Part shown: one piece after another, positions 26,199 to 39,738 of the stretch
How the letters are laid out: every line of letters starts with the position of its first letter
Numbering within the stretch: position 1 is the first letter of the stretch
Origin: Hypanus sabinus
Lineage: Eukaryota
Assembly: GCF_030144855.1 (NCBI RefSeq)
Contig: NC_082714.1
Coordinates: 41,106,001-41,170,000, forward strand
DNA length: 64,000 nt
Direction: 5' to 3'
Program-made: the position numbers and the translations under genes
The notes under the pieces: generated by a model
Databases searched by the model: none
The model's input: only the letters and a program-made list of their open reading frames with translations
Told to the model about the DNA's origin: nothing

Positions 26199-26300
26199 AA
26201 GAGGTTTTTAAAAATATACATGGGCCAGCTGAGACTTTGAACAAGTTATGCTATGTTGCTGCCTTTCTTATGAGAGACGCCTTGTGTGTTTATTTTTCAG

Positions 26301-26402
26301 GAAATAGTTGACAGTGGTTTTGAGCTTAATGTAGAAATGTTCAGCACTTTAATGATGGCCAGCATTATGGACACTGACAATGGCTTTAGATATTCATTAC
26401 AG
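26301..26402 (+). CDS. PTCD1: PTCD1 coding exon 4 (EIVDSGFELNVEMFSTLMMASIMDTDNGFRYSLQ)
   Basis: 102 nt, tttttcag/gtaaat, in frame. Confidence 0.95.
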
Positions 26403-27720
26403 GTAAATTGAGCATCATTTTCTTCTCTTTTCCTGCCTTTCAATTTTCAGGATAAAGTGGAGCTACAAGAGGCAGTTCTTGCCTCTCTCAGTGATTAGCT
26501 GCTGGAAGTGACAGCAGGAAATCCTGAACTCAGTGACAAAGCCTGCCACTCAGTGTTCCACCACTGTCCTGCTAAGTAGGAGTGTTGAATGCATTGATTT
26601 TCCCTCTTTTGTCTGAAATGACAGCTAACATATTGATGGCCCTTCCCGTTCAGTAGTGTGGTGTGCTGGTGAGTCACCATATACCAGAGGGCTTTCTTAG
26701 TCAGTGATAATCTGTCTCTTCTGACATTTTTGTAAAGGTCAATTCCCCTTTCTCCCAATAGTTTTCAGAAAATGAAATAATGTAAGAACAGTGATTGTAC
26801 TAAATGTCACAGCTCCAGCTGAAGCAGAGCTTCGAGTGGCAGTAGGTGGATATTGTAAGATATTGCTCGTTCATTGTTTCTGTTTTTCAAATTCAAGGAC
26901 ATCAGTATAAAAACCAACAACTCTGGTTGGATAATGAAGCAATAGACAGTAAGTAATTCTTCAAAAAGGAACATGCAGCAGATATAACCCAGCAGTGAAC
27001 TGGGCATAACTGAGACACCAGAGTGGGAACCAGGTGACGGGCAAGACCAATGCAGCTTAGTGTACTAAATAAAGGAATGAGGGGAGCAAAGCATTAGGAT
27101 GGTTATTCATTAAAAAAGACCAACTTTTTTGAAGCCAGAGATGGTTGCCCAGCCTGATAAAACTCTGCTGGAAGAATGAATAAAGAGCAAGAGGTTGCTT
27201 CCGTAAAGCGCCTATCACATCTTCAGATTCACAAAGAGCTTTAAAATCCATGAAATATTTTTCAAAGAGGTATCATGAAATGCAGCAGGTGATTTTTACC
27301 TACCACGGGCCAATTAATTCTGCTTTGGTGGAATTACTCAAGGGTATTCTAGATCCTATCTTTCTTCAAGTTGTGTAAGTGAATTGCCGGTCCACTAATG
27401 AAAGAGAAGGAATCTTCATTTAATGTATTATTTGTTAAGAGCCATTGCTCTTGTAGCACTTAGTGAATTGATCATCTAAAATGCCAGTCTGTCAACTCTT
27501 AAGAAGATGGTACTGACACTGAGCCAGAGATAAAAACCAGGGCTCATAGCTTTCTTTTAAATTTGAGAGGATGAAACTTAGTTCAATAAATTAATGATGG
27601 ATTTGGGCAAACAGGTTTTATTGTAACATTCTCTTTCAAGTATGATCAATGATACCATATTGGATCTCACAAGCTTATCGTGAAAAATGCACCTTAGTCT
27701 TGCCTTTGTCTCTTTTGCAG

Positions 27721-28479
27721 GTTTGGCGGGAGATGTTAAAACTGGGCATTCAGCCTGATGCCAAGAGCTACAACCTGCTACTGCGGGCTGCTAGGGACTG
27801 TGGTATCGGGAATCCTACAGTGGCGTCTCACGCTCTGTTGAGTGACGAGAATGTGAGGAGGCAACTAAAGCAGTTCAGAAGAGTTCAGAAGCTGAGAGGT
27901 CAGAAAGTGACAAGAAACAGTAAACACACAGCCACTTTGTCAGTTGATACATTGGAAGAGCAGTTGCTTAGCCTGTCTGCTAATGAGCATAAGGGCAATT
28001 CGTTTACTACCTGCAGAGCCTCTGAACCCGAGGATGAGCACAGCAATGTAACTTTATCAGGACTGATTGAAGCACCAAACCTGCCATTCGAAAGTAGCCA
28101 AGGAAAAGAACTTGTTCCCAGGAATGAAAGTCATATAATTGACTCAGACTCCAAAGGACTTCCCCAAAATAATCTACCTAATCTGCTCCACATCCAGGTC
28201 AACAAGAAGAATATAATTTCTCTGGGAAGTGCAACCACACCGCACGACAGACTAGCACTGATCGGATATCTGGATGGCTTTCTAAGTAAAATGAGGGAAG
28301 ATAATGTGCCTCCAGATATTAAGACATTCACACTCTTGGCTGATATAGTGGAACCAAACAGCCAGTCCGAGTCATCCTTGCTGTCCCTCATGGATGAGCA
28401 TGGTGTGAAGCCAGACATTTCATTCTTTAACACCCTCATCAGGAAAAAGAGCAGACAGGGTGATCTAAAAGGTGCAAAG
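27721..28479 (+). CDS. PTCD1: PTCD1 coding exon 5 (VWREMLKLGIQPDAKSYNLLLRAARDCG...DRLALIG...PDIKTFTLL...GAK)
   Basis: 759 nt inside ORF 27649-28548; ttttgcag/gtaagc. Confidence 0.96.
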
Positions 28480-29149
28480 GTAAGCGATTTTAGCAGCCTC
28501 AGGCTAACACTGGAGGGGCTTAGTGATCAGAAAATGTCTATCTCATAATCTCTACACCAAAAAAAGTCAAATAAATCTGTCAAAGTTATGACAACTATAA
28601 TTAGTGTAGAGTTCATGACTCCTGTTCTTCTGAATGAATGTATTGCATGAACCATCACTTATTCCCTTTCTGGAGTCGGCACTGATCTATAATAAGCTAG
28701 ATTAGCCCTGATGGTGCAAAGATCTAGTACCAAGATCTGAGTAAGATTGACAATTCTTTCAAAGATATATCTCAAAATCTCAGTGACATCCTTACTGAGA
28801 CCTTAGTTATCTTAAACCGTACCAAATACACTTCATAAACCTGTCGACAAGATTAAGTTCCCAATCTGTATGAAGATTTGCTGCTCACAATTATTGCAGT
28901 GCCTTTCCTACACAGCTGCGTTATTTTGTGGTTTACATGATTCTTATGATTAGCTACAATTGGGAAGCCCTTTAAACTACTCCCACCAGTTTTATCAGTA
29001 CCCCAGCTGATTCTAGTTGTGATCACCCAAGCCAAGTTCCTGTTATTATTCTGATTTCATCTTTTGTTGGCAAAGCTGTTCTAGCTCCTTTTCCTTTCTG
29101 CCAGCAAGAAACGTGGCATATTCAATTCCTCGTTTTATCATTACTCAGA

Positions 29150-29580
29150 TTTCTACCTTGTCCTTCCTCTATTTCCCCTCACCCAAAACACCACTGCTGG
29201 TCTGTTTCAAGTGAAGTCCTTCCCTGTGGAACAGCAAACACTTTCCTCAGTAACTGTGTCAGTGCCCCGTTCATTTCTTCCATACCAATCCTCAACGTAT
29301 GCACTTAATGCCCTGGGTTTATTTACTCCATGTCAGTTTGCTTAATGCCCAGGTAACAGCCCAGGGATTACTCAGTTGAGATTCCAATTTCTAATTTGGG
29401 GCCTAATTGGAATAATTTATCTTTAAGCCTACCTATTTTGACGGTACCTTTGTTAACCTTGACAATTGATTCCTCCCTTTCCGTCCCTAGTTTCTCCCCA
29501 TCTCCTTGGTGATATCTTTACTCCTGGAACAGACAGGCAATATGGCCTTTGAGACGTGCTCAAAGCCAGGTTCTATCAGT
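29150..29580 (-). mobile_element. Highly degraded CR1 5' region (ORF1 esterase-like)
   Basis: Minus strand resembles the CCLPGARVKDI-type segment of CR1 ORF1 (gcctgtctgttccaggagtaaagatatc). Confidence 0.4.
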
Positions 29581-30405
29581 CCTACGTTCCTTTTCACTCC
29601 CCCAATTTAAATGGGTGTATTGGCATAATATCCTTTGTATTGTTGTTGAGTGAACTATTTATATTTAGCTAGTTTCAATTTGGGTAATTTTCTGATTTTG
29701 TTGACTCTAAAATGAAAGCACATCGGGGAGCCAGAAATTGTAGAAACACTGTTGAGGTTCACAGGATATCTGAGACATTTTCCACCTTCAGTGATGTGAT
29801 GTGCAGATCAATCAGAATCTTGACTAATGACACCACACTGGGATCCTCTCATTTATATTCTCCGTAAAATTGTATTTGTTCATATTCAGAATCTATGTCA
29901 CTGTTTCACTTCAATAATATGAAATCCGTATAAAGTGCACATTTGTATCCAGATGGATTTTGTGTACTGAGGTCAGAAAACTGAATACTTCCAGTTCAGC
30001 TATAAAGTACCCCAGGCTGAATCGCCACTTGGCTATGTCCATCCTGTCCAATCTGCGTGTGTCTACCCAGTCTCCAAAGAACTTTCACCTTCAGTATTAG
30101 ACCATGCTTCATTATTACCCATAGTTATCCAGGATCTGAATTTAACTTGCCACTTTGTGGTGTTAGTTCACACCTGCCAGAAATTAGACTGAAGCTGTTC
30201 AGAGTATCTTCACTGAAAATTGTTATAGGAAGCAGACATGCCACCAGGCTGGGTTGGATTGGAATCCATTTTGCTGAGCACAGCTTTATTTCACCTAGTT
30301 ACATACATTACTGAAGACCATTGCTTGGTTTCCATTCAGGATGTAGCACAGCAGTAACACGTCGTCTTTTTAAACCCTGTGATAAAATGTATTAATTCCC
30401 TTTAG

Positions 30406-30522
30406 GCTTTACTGTCAATTGTAGTTGAGCGAGGCCTCTCACCAACCATGCATACTTTCTGCAACCTGGCAATAGCCTGCAGGAAAAGCCATGACGGACT
30501 GAAGCTCCTCCAGGACATGAAG
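30406..30522 (+). CDS. PTCD1: PTCD1 coding exon 6 ([39 protein letters not shown])
   Basis: 117 nt, ctttag/gtaacc, conserved TFCNLAI motif. Confidence 0.95.
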
Positions 30523-30747
30523 GTAACCATTAATGATCTGTTCCTAAAGAGAATAAATGACAATAATCTTGAATGTAACTGTACATTTATGTAGGTCTAC
30601 ACAACATCTTAACTATAACTGGAGCATTTTTATGAAATGAATGGAGAATACGCTTCCAGTAAATAGAAATTAAATTCTTCTGTGTCTCCTGCAATGTGGA
30701 TTGCAGGAAATCTCAATCTCAGAACAGAATAAAAGTCAGGCTAATAG

Positions 30748-30801
30748 AGGGAAGAAGTGCCTTACACCTCCTTTGGTAGAGACATCTCCACCCTGCCACC
30801 C
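30748..30801 (-). mobile_element. 5' fragment of the same retroposon family as 25796-26198
   Basis: ccttacacctcctttggtagaga...ctccaccctgccaccc is the reverse complement of the 25800-25855 segment. Confidence 0.75.
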
Positions 30802-31029
30802 AAGTCAGACTGGTGTTAATTATTAATTGAACTAAATGACTTCATAAGCTATTTTCAAGAGATACTTAAAGTCAACTGTTGAGAGTCAAAAATAGGAGCC
30901 ACAGGTTAGGATGACAGTTTTCCTCCTTTCAAAGAAATTTTTGGTGAACCAGGTGGGCATTTACAGTAAGTAATCTGTTAGTTTCACAGTTACCAGCACA
31001 GGCATTAACATAGCTTACCCTGATTCCTT

Positions 31030-32440
31030 TCGAATCATTGCTGGGGACTTCAGTCAGGCTTGCTTGAAGAAATCACTGCCAGATTGTCCTCAACATACAA
31101 CCTGCAGCACCAGGGGTCCCAACGCATTCAACCACTGTTACAGTTAGGAATGCCTTCCGTCCCATCCCTAAACTACATTTTGGGGAATCTGATTATCTGT
31201 CTGTCCTTGTTCTACCTGCATACAGGCAGAGGCTAAGGAGCAAGGCACCAGAGGTAACAATAACAATGGGGTGGTCATGGGAGGCAGACAGGGTTGCTTC
31301 GAGTTAGTGGACTGGGTGATGTTCAAGGACTTGTCAGATTATCTGAATGAATATGTCATGGTTGTCACAGACTTAAGACACTTGTGGACGAGTGTGTCCC
31401 CATAAGATCATTAAGAAAGTTCTCCAACCAGAAGCCCTGGGTGACCAAGAGATCCGTTATCGACTGAGGGTTAGATCAATGGTGTTCAGGTCTGGTGACT
31501 AAGTAGAGTACAAGAAGTCCAGGTATGACCTTCTGAAGGCCAGCTTGTGTGAAATAGCAATTCCGATCAAACCTGAATCACAGGATGTTCGACAACTGTG
31601 GCAGAGTTTGAATGCTATCACCTCCACAAAGTAAAACCAAGTTACGTAGGTGACAAGAAGATTTCACTCCCAGATCAGCTCATTACTTGCTTTGGCCGAC
31701 ATAACATGGAGGCATCTTCACGAACAACCACAGCCCCCAACGACCGTGATTTCAGTCTCTGAGGCTGACATGAGAGCATCCTTCAGGAGGGTGAACCCAG
31801 AGAAAACATCTGGCCCAGGCTGTACCTAGCTGAGCACAGAACACCTGTTCTAAACAGCTGGCAGGAGTGTTTACTGATGCCTTTAACCTGTCACTTCAGC
31901 ATTCTGGGGTATCCACCTGCTTCAAGCAGTCTTCAGTTTTACCGGTGTCCAAAACGAACGTGGTAACCTGTCTCAATGACTATCGTCAGGCAGCACCTAC
32001 ATCCACTTTCATTGGCTCTTCACTCAATCCTCGGACATCTGGACAGTAAAGATGCATACATCGGGATGCTCTTCATTGCCTACAGCTCTGAATTTAACAC
32101 CATCATCCCCTCAAAACTCCTCAAGACCTGATCCCCAATTTCCTCACTTGCAGACCCCAGGCAGTTTGGATTGGCAACAATATCTCCTGCACATTCACTG
32201 TGCAACACAAGGCTGTGTGCTTAGCCCCCTGCTCTACTTGCTTTATACTTATGACTGTCAGGCTAAGTACAGCTCCAGTGCCATAGTTAAATGTGCTGAT
32301 GACACCGTGTTGTTGGCTGAATCAAATGTGATGATGAATCAGAATATAGGAGGTAGCTTACAAGTCTGGCTAAATGGTGCCACAACCACCTCTCACTCAA
32401 CATAACCAAAAACAAAAAGCTGATTATTGACTACATGAGC
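31030..32440 (+). mobile_element. Degraded Rex1/Babar LINE
   Basis: NQKPW, CLNDYR, QGCVLSP, ADD remnants. Confidence 0.8.
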
Positions 32441-32599
32441 CACAGGATGCACAGATTTCTTTCTTGAAAATGATTACAATCAGTGCAATTAAACAAGCTG
32501 GTTATCCAGCTCACTCAGATAGAGATACAATTCAAAACAAAAACAAATAGAAGCAAACATCAACAATCTTTATTAACTCATCAAATATTTTGAACCAGT

Positions 32600-35500
32600 T
32601 TCAGAGTTCAAAGTAAATTTATTATTTTAGTATGTATATGTTACCATTTATTACTTTGACATTCATTTCCTTACAGGCATTTACAGGAAAATATACAATA
32701 AAACTTTGTGAAAACTATACATGGCTGACAAACAATCAATGTGCAAAAGAAGATAAGCTGTGCCAATAAAAATAATACTAGGAACACGAGTTATCAAGAA
32801 TCCTTGAGTGAGTATGGAAGTCACAGAATCAGTTTAGAGTAGCATTGAATGAAGTTATCCACACCGGTTCAGGAGCCCGTTTCTGACCTGGTAGTGTGGG
32901 ACTCAAGGCTTGCATTCCTCTTCCCTGGTGGTAGTAGTAAGAAGAGGGTATGGCCTAGGTGCTGGGGATCTTCAATGATGGATGCTGCTTTCTTGTGGCA
33001 GTACTCCATGTAAGTGTACTCGACGGTGGGGAGTGATGGACTGGGCTGGGATGGAAAGCTTTGGTACGTAAAGGGCAACTAAAAAAGCTACGAGAAGGGA
33101 GAAGATAAAATTTGAGGGCAAACTTGCCATTAACATACAGTAGGATACTAAAAGGTTTTTCAGTTATATAAAGAGGAAAAGGGAGGTGAGAGTTGGTATT
33201 GAACCACTGGAAATGATGCTGGTGAGGTAGTAATGGGGGACAAAGAACTGGCAGATGAACTTAATGGATACTTTGCATCTGTCTTCACTGTGGAAGCCAC
33301 TAGCAGTGTGCAAGAGGTCTGTGAGCATCAGGAAGCAGGAGTGAGAGCCAGTGCTATTACAAAGGGAAAAGTTCTTGATCTTGGCATGGTCCTGGAGGAC
33401 TGGAAAATTGCAAATGTCACTCTTTAAGAAAGGAGGAGGGCAAAGGAAAGGAAATTATGGGCCAGTTAGCCTAACCTCAGTGGTTGGGAAAGTGTTGAAG
33501 TCTGTTAGTAAGGATGGAATTTTGGGGTACTTGAAGACTACTAATAAAATAAGTCATAGTTTCTGTAGAGGGAAATTTGCTTGACAAATCTGTTAGAGTT
33601 CTTTGAGGAAGTAACAAGCAGGGTGGACAAAGGAGAGGCAGTGGATGTCATTTACTTGGACTTTCAGAAGGCATTTGATAAGGTGCCACACATTTGACTG
33701 CTTAACAAGATAATATCCTATGGCGTTACAGGAAAGATACTGGCATGGATAGAGGAATGGCTGACTGCCAGGTGGCAGTGAGTGGGAATAAAAGGGGGCC
33801 TTTGCTGGTTGGCTGCCAGTGACTAGTGATGTTCCTCAGGGATCAGTATTGGGACCACAACTTTTCACATTGTTTGTCAGTGATTTGGATAATGGAATTG
33901 ATGGTTTTGTGGCAAAGTTTGTGGATGATTCAAAGATAGGCAGAGGGATAGTAGTGCTGAGGAAGCAATGCATTTGCACCAGGACTTAAGACAATTTGGA
34001 AGAATGGACAAAAAAGTGGCAGATGAAATACAGTGTTGGGAAATGTATAATAATGCATTTTGGTAAAAGGAATGATAGTGCAGACTATTGTTTAAAAGGG
34101 GAGAAGTTTCAAACATCAGAGGTGCAGAGGGACTTAAGAATCCTTGTGCAACACTCCCAGAAAGTTAATTTACAGATTGAGTCTGTGGTAAAGAAGGCAG
34201 ATGCAATGTTGGCATTTATTTCAAGGGGAATAGTATATCTAAATGAGATAATTCTTACGCTTTATATGACACTAGTCAGACTGCACTTGGAGTATTGTCA
34301 ACTGTTTTGGGCCCCATATCTCAGAAAGGATGTGTTGTCATTGGAGACAGTCCAGAAGAGGTTTATGGGAATGATTCCAGGGACAAACTGGTTAACAAAT
34401 GAAAAGCATTTGGTAGCTTTGGGCCTGTACTCACTAAAATTTAGGAGAATGTGTGGGGAACTCATTGAAACCCACTGAATGTTGAAAGGATTAGGTAAGG
34501 TGGATGTGGAGAGGATGTTTTCTCTCGTGGGGGTATTCAGAACTAGAGGGCACAGCCTCAAAATTGAGGGGTGACCTTTTTGAACAGAGGTAAGGAGGAA
34601 TTATTTCAGCCAGAGAATAGTGAATCTGTGGAATGCTCTGCCACAGACTGCAGCAGAGGCCAAGTCCATAGGTATACTTAAGGTCCTGATCAGTCAGGAC
34701 ATCAGAGGATATGGTGAGATGGTAGGTGCATGGGGTTGAGCCATGTTGGAATAGCAGAGCAGACTCGATGGGCTGAGTGGCCTAATTCTGCTTCTATGTC
34801 TTATGGACATATGAGGCCATGATGCAACCAGTGAAGATACTCTCCATTGTGTATCTATAGACGTTTTCAGAGATTTTGGTGACATGCCAAATCTACTGAA
34901 ACTTACAAGAAAGTAGCAGCATTGTCGTGCCTTCTTCATAATAGCATTTATGTGCTGGTCCAAGGACAGATGCTTTAATATGTTAACAAGAAATTTAAAG
35001 CTACTGACTCTTCACCTCTGATCCCCTAACGAGGACTGTCTCACGGACCTCTAGCTGCATCCTCCTGTAGTCAATAATCAGCTCTTTGGTTTTTCTGACA
35101 TTGGTGAGAGGGTGGTGGTGTGGCACCACTCAACCACATTTTCAATCTCCCTACTATTTGCTGATTTGTCACCACCTTTGATTCAGCCAACAACAGTGGG
35201 ACCATCAGCAAACTTAAATATGGCGTTGGAGCTGTACTTAGCCACACTAAGTATAAAATGAGTAGAACGGGGGCTAAGCATACAGCCTTGTGGTGTCCCT
35301 GTGCTGATGGTGGGTGTGGATGGGATGTAGTTTCCAATCCACACCAACTGCGGTCTGCCAGTGAGGAAACCCAGGATCAAGATGCACAGGGAGGTTCTGA
35401 GGCCCTGGTCTTGGAGCTTCGCGATGAGTTTAGAGGGGATGGAAGTTCTGAAGGCTAAGCTGTAGTCAATGAAGAGCATCCTGGTGTGTGCATCTTCACT

Positions 35501-35790
35501 GTCCAGATGTTCCAGAGCTGAGAGAAGATCCAATGAATGTGGTATTTACTGTTGATCTATTGTGAGGGCGCACATTACAGTGCATCCAAGCCACTCCTCA
35601 GGCAGGGCATACACTTCATGGCCAGTGTCTTGAAGCACTTCATCACAGTGGATATAAGTGCTACTGGTTGGTAGTCATTGGGCAGTTGACCACATTCTTC
35701 TTGATGTCTCCTTGAAGCAGGCGGTACTCCAGATTGCCGAAGCAAGAGGCTGGTGTCCATAAATACATCAGCCATTTGATTAGTACAGAT
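32600..35790 (-). mobile_element. Rex1/Babar LINE (minus), split by the CR1 at 33060-34810
   Basis: 3' part 32600-33050; RT part 34815-35790 ([17 protein letters not shown]). Confidence 0.8.
33060..34810 (+). mobile_element. CR1-clade LINE fragment
   Basis: [25 protein letters not shown]; CR1 3' end cctaattctgcttctatgtcttatgg. Confidence 0.88.
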
Positions 35791-36652
35791 CTTCAGTAGC
35801 CTTTTGAATCATATGTCCTTCATAACGTATTAAATATGTTTATTGACATTTCATTATTTCATTCATATTTAGCTATAATTAGAAATATTTTTGTCAGGTC
35901 TATGATCTTGTTATGAAAACAGAAAAATATACTTTAATTGTGATGAAAATTGTGAGTCCAGTATCCTTGAAAATCAGATGCAGAGTCAACTGTGATGCTT
36001 AAATGGGAAGATTCAGATACTTATGTTGGAAGTAGGAGGGGGAATTTAAAAGGATCTGCTCTGGCAAACAAAATGAAAGAGCAGGTTTCAGGAGATGAAT
36101 GAACTGATCAGAAGGCTAAGGTATTTAAATATGGCAAATAAACACAGACGCAACTTGGTCAGGGTATGCACACTGCGCCAAATGGAACAATTATAGTAGA
36201 ATGCATCGGAGGCAGTTTTACTAAGTGGCAGTGAGAAGCTATTTTCCATGTTGTCGTCTCCCAGCTATGCACCCACTTAATCTGCAAACAGCCACCATTT
36301 TTTAAGTGTCAATGAACTCAGTTTTGTTCCTGTCAATCCACTCTTTATTTCAGTTTAGCAGAGAGGGTAGCTGGATTATAATGTATTTCTGCTTAGCATC
36401 AGTCAAAGAATGGAGCACATTTGTCTTGCACTGCCAGGCAGCTGAATTAATTGCAGGGATGACACAAGGCTGCAAGTGTTTCTGGCTACTACTGCAACCC
36501 TGCCTGAATGGAAGGACACAAGGAGACAAAATTTTGTGCTTGCTGTTATTACATCACTGCTACATAACAAACTGTACTTTTCTTTTCTCCCTTTAGTAAT
36601 TCATCTAGGTATTCCAAAAGCACTGTATTCATTGAAACCTGCTTTATTTCAG

Positions 36653-36835
36653 CTCTCTGGAATAATCCCCAATGTCAATGTCTACAGCACCCTGATCAAC
36701 AATGCAGCAAAGCGATTAGATTATGTGTTTCTCACCAAGATCCTGCAAGACATGGCGAGAAATCAAGTACCCCCCAATGAGGTTGTCCTTAAGCAGTTGG
36801 AATTTGTTGTTAAGTACCCTCCAAACTTTGACAAG
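36653..36835 (+). CDS. PTCD1: PTCD1 coding exon 7 ([27 protein letters not shown]...YPPNFDK)
   Basis: 183 nt, atttcag/gttggt, PPR motif. Confidence 0.95.
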
Positions 36836-37919
36836 GTTGGTGATGAGCATTAATATTTTTTAAAGTTTTTTTAAAAATGCATGCTGTTCACTAAACCAAG
36901 GGAAACAGGAGGCAACACCTGTGTATTCTGTGGTCAGCGAGTGTGGTTGGGAGCCTAGACTGGTCGTTTATTCATAGTTACAGGCAATGTGGCTGCCTCC
37001 AGAAATACACACTATGTGCAACAGGGTGCTCTTCCTGGCGCATTGATCTTGTACAGCAAAAAGTGACAGACGAGTTCATGTGCATTTGCTGAAATTGTGC
37101 CTACAGTGGCTTTTGCTGCCTTCAACAGCAATAATTTTTGCAGTGTTTCTGATAGCGAGTGTAATTGAGTCAGAAAGAAATGGTAGCAGTTTAAATTCCG
37201 TTGTATCTAATTGAAGTATCTCAGAAGTTCACGTACAATGAAGATACTTTATTAGGCAATACTGGACTGAAGCGCCATAAGAAAAAAATGTAAGTTTGGA
37301 GCGTCATCATACTGATGCAGCTGTTAGCCAGAACACAAATGTCTGACTTATTATAGCAGTTACTTAATGTCTATGCACCTAGTAGATAGGACATTACTTT
37401 TCATCTCTTCCAGTCCGAAAAAAAACCATACGTTAGAAAATGTACCAGTTACATTAAAAGCAGCATGAAGAAAGAATGTAACTAATCTGTAATTAAGTGG
37501 TAATGGCAGAAGACTCGTTATTTTGCTATAATTCACTTTTACATTTGATCAGTATTTGGCTGGTGTATACTGAAACTAGAAGTAACAATGCAGTGGACTC
37601 TTAGTACCAAATTAATATGACATCACCATTACTTCTAGTGCTGAATTACTGTTCTAAGCTATAACCAACATTATTGTACCCAGTTCTTACAAGAACCTAT
37701 GGCAGTGATCATGTTAAGATAGAATTCACCCTGCAGTTTGAAAGGGAGAAGCTTACAGTTGAGTAAGGGCAACCACGGGGCACGAAGAGGAGCTGGCCAA
37801 AGTTGATTGGAAGGGGACACTATCAGAGGTGACGGCAGAGTACCAATAGCTGGAGTGTCTGAGAGAAACATGCAAGAGGCAGGATCAGTTTACCCCAAAG
37901 AAGCAGCATTTTAATGGGA

Positions 37920-39290
37920 GGATAAGAGAACCGTGTCTGATAAGGGAAATAAGACAATATAAAAGCAAAAGAAGGGACACAATGTACCAAAATTTGTAGG
38001 AAGCTAAAAGATTGGGAAGCTTTTGAAACTAACAGAAGGCAACTGAAAAATGAGAAAAATAAAGATGAAATATGAGCAATAGAGGATACCAGAAGTTTTT
38101 TTTAGTCTATAAATAGTAAAAGAGGGGCAAGAGTGGACATCAGTCCACTGGAAAATGACACTTGTGAGGTAGTAATGGGGAACAAAGAAATGGTAGTTGA
38201 AATAAATGAGTTTTTGCGTTAGTCTTCACTATGGAAGACACCAGCAGCATATCAGAAATTCAAGTGTGTTCGGAGAGTGTACTAAGGTGTTTGGGAAGCT
38301 GATAGGTCTAAAGGTATATGTCACCTGGACCAGACTGAATACACTCCAGGGTTCAGAACGAGTTAACTGTACAGATTGTAGAGACATTAGTAGTGATCAT
38401 TCAAAAATAGCTTTGGGAATCTTTCAAGCACTCTTAAATCACAAATGTCCACACTTTAAAGGGAGGAAGGCAAAAGACAAAATTAGAGACCAGTTAGCCT
38501 GACTTCAGTAGTTGGCAAGATATTAGAGTCCATTATTAAGGATGAAGTTTTGGGGTATTTGGAGGCACGTGATAAAACAGACCAAAGACACCATTGTTTC
38601 CTTAAGGTGTAATCTATTCCCTAAAGGTTAACTCTCAGGCTGAGTCAGTAATAAGGAAGGCAAACGCAATGCTAGCCTCCTTTTCAAGAGGACTAAAACA
38701 TAAAAGCAAAGATGTAATGGTGAGGATTTATAAGGCATTGGCAAGTCTGCCATTGGAATACGGTGAGTGGGGAGTCTACATTGTAGACAGGATGTTCTGA
38801 CATTGGAGAGGATCCAGAGATCGTTTACAAGAATGATCGCAGGAATGAAAAAGTTAATTTACAAGGAATATTTGATGGGTCTGGACCTGTACTTGGAGTT
38901 TAGAAGAACGAGGAGGAAATCTCATTGAAACTTACCGAATATTGAAAGCCCTGAATAGAGTGTACGTGGAGGATGGATCCAATTGTGAGAGAGCTTTGGA
39001 GCAGAAGACACAGCCTCAGAATGGAAGGATATACCTTCAGAATACAGATGAGGAGGAATTTCTTTAGCCAGGTGATGATTCTGTGGAATCCATTGCCACA
39101 GACGGCTGTGGAGGTTGAGTCATTGAGTATATTTAAAGCAGAAGTTCATAAGTTCTTGGTTAATAAGGACATCAAAGATTATGGAGAGAAGGCTAGAGAA
39201 TGGAGTTAAGAGGGAAAATGTTAGCTATGATTGATTGGCAGAGCAGATCTGATGGACTGAACAGACTGATTTCTGCTATGTCTTAAGATT
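37920..39290 (+). mobile_element. Degraded CR1-clade LINE
   Basis: RRNFFSQ motif, agaccagttagcctgacttc and CR1 3' end. Confidence 0.8.
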
Positions 39291-39389
39291 AGGACACCAT
39301 CAGTATAATACCTAATCCTGGTCAAGTTCACAGACTTGGGTAGAGAGACATTGATACACTCAATCTGATTTATCTCCTCTTTTTTTCAG

Positions 39390-39545
39390 TACAAGTCAAG
39401 GAACATCTATCTGGAAAAAATTGATGGGTTTCGAGGGTTTTACTATCGTTGGTTAAACTTTATGCCAGCAGTGGAAACACCACATCCTTGGGAAAAGTAC
39501 AGAATTAAGAGTGATGTTGCTGGAGAAGAACAACCACACTCATAA
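39390..39545 (+). CDS. PTCD1: PTCD1 last coding exon ([37 protein letters not shown]...HS*)
   Basis: ttttttcag acceptor; TAA at 39543-39545; spliced CDS totals 2142 nt = 713 aa. Confidence 0.96.
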   Translation, partial: YKSRNIYLEKIDGFRGFYYRWLNFMPAVETPHPWEKYRIKSDVAGEEQPHS

Positions 39546-39698
39546 TCCTTGAAGCTGAAGAACACAACGGGATCAGTTCCGAAACGCAACACTGCAGTGT
39601 CAATTTTCAGCCCTTCATCTCCTCAATGTATTCACTCACTGCTGTTTCTGTCCATACCAGTCCTGGACAAATGAAAGTCAATGCTGTAAATCTGTCCT

Positions 39699-39738
39699 AA
39701 TAAATTAACAATTTATTATGTTTGTCTGAGAGAATAAA
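39699..39738 (+). terminator. Candidate PTCD1 polyadenylation signals
   Basis: AATAAA at 39699-39704 and 39733-39738, 150-190 nt after the stop. Confidence 0.5.
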
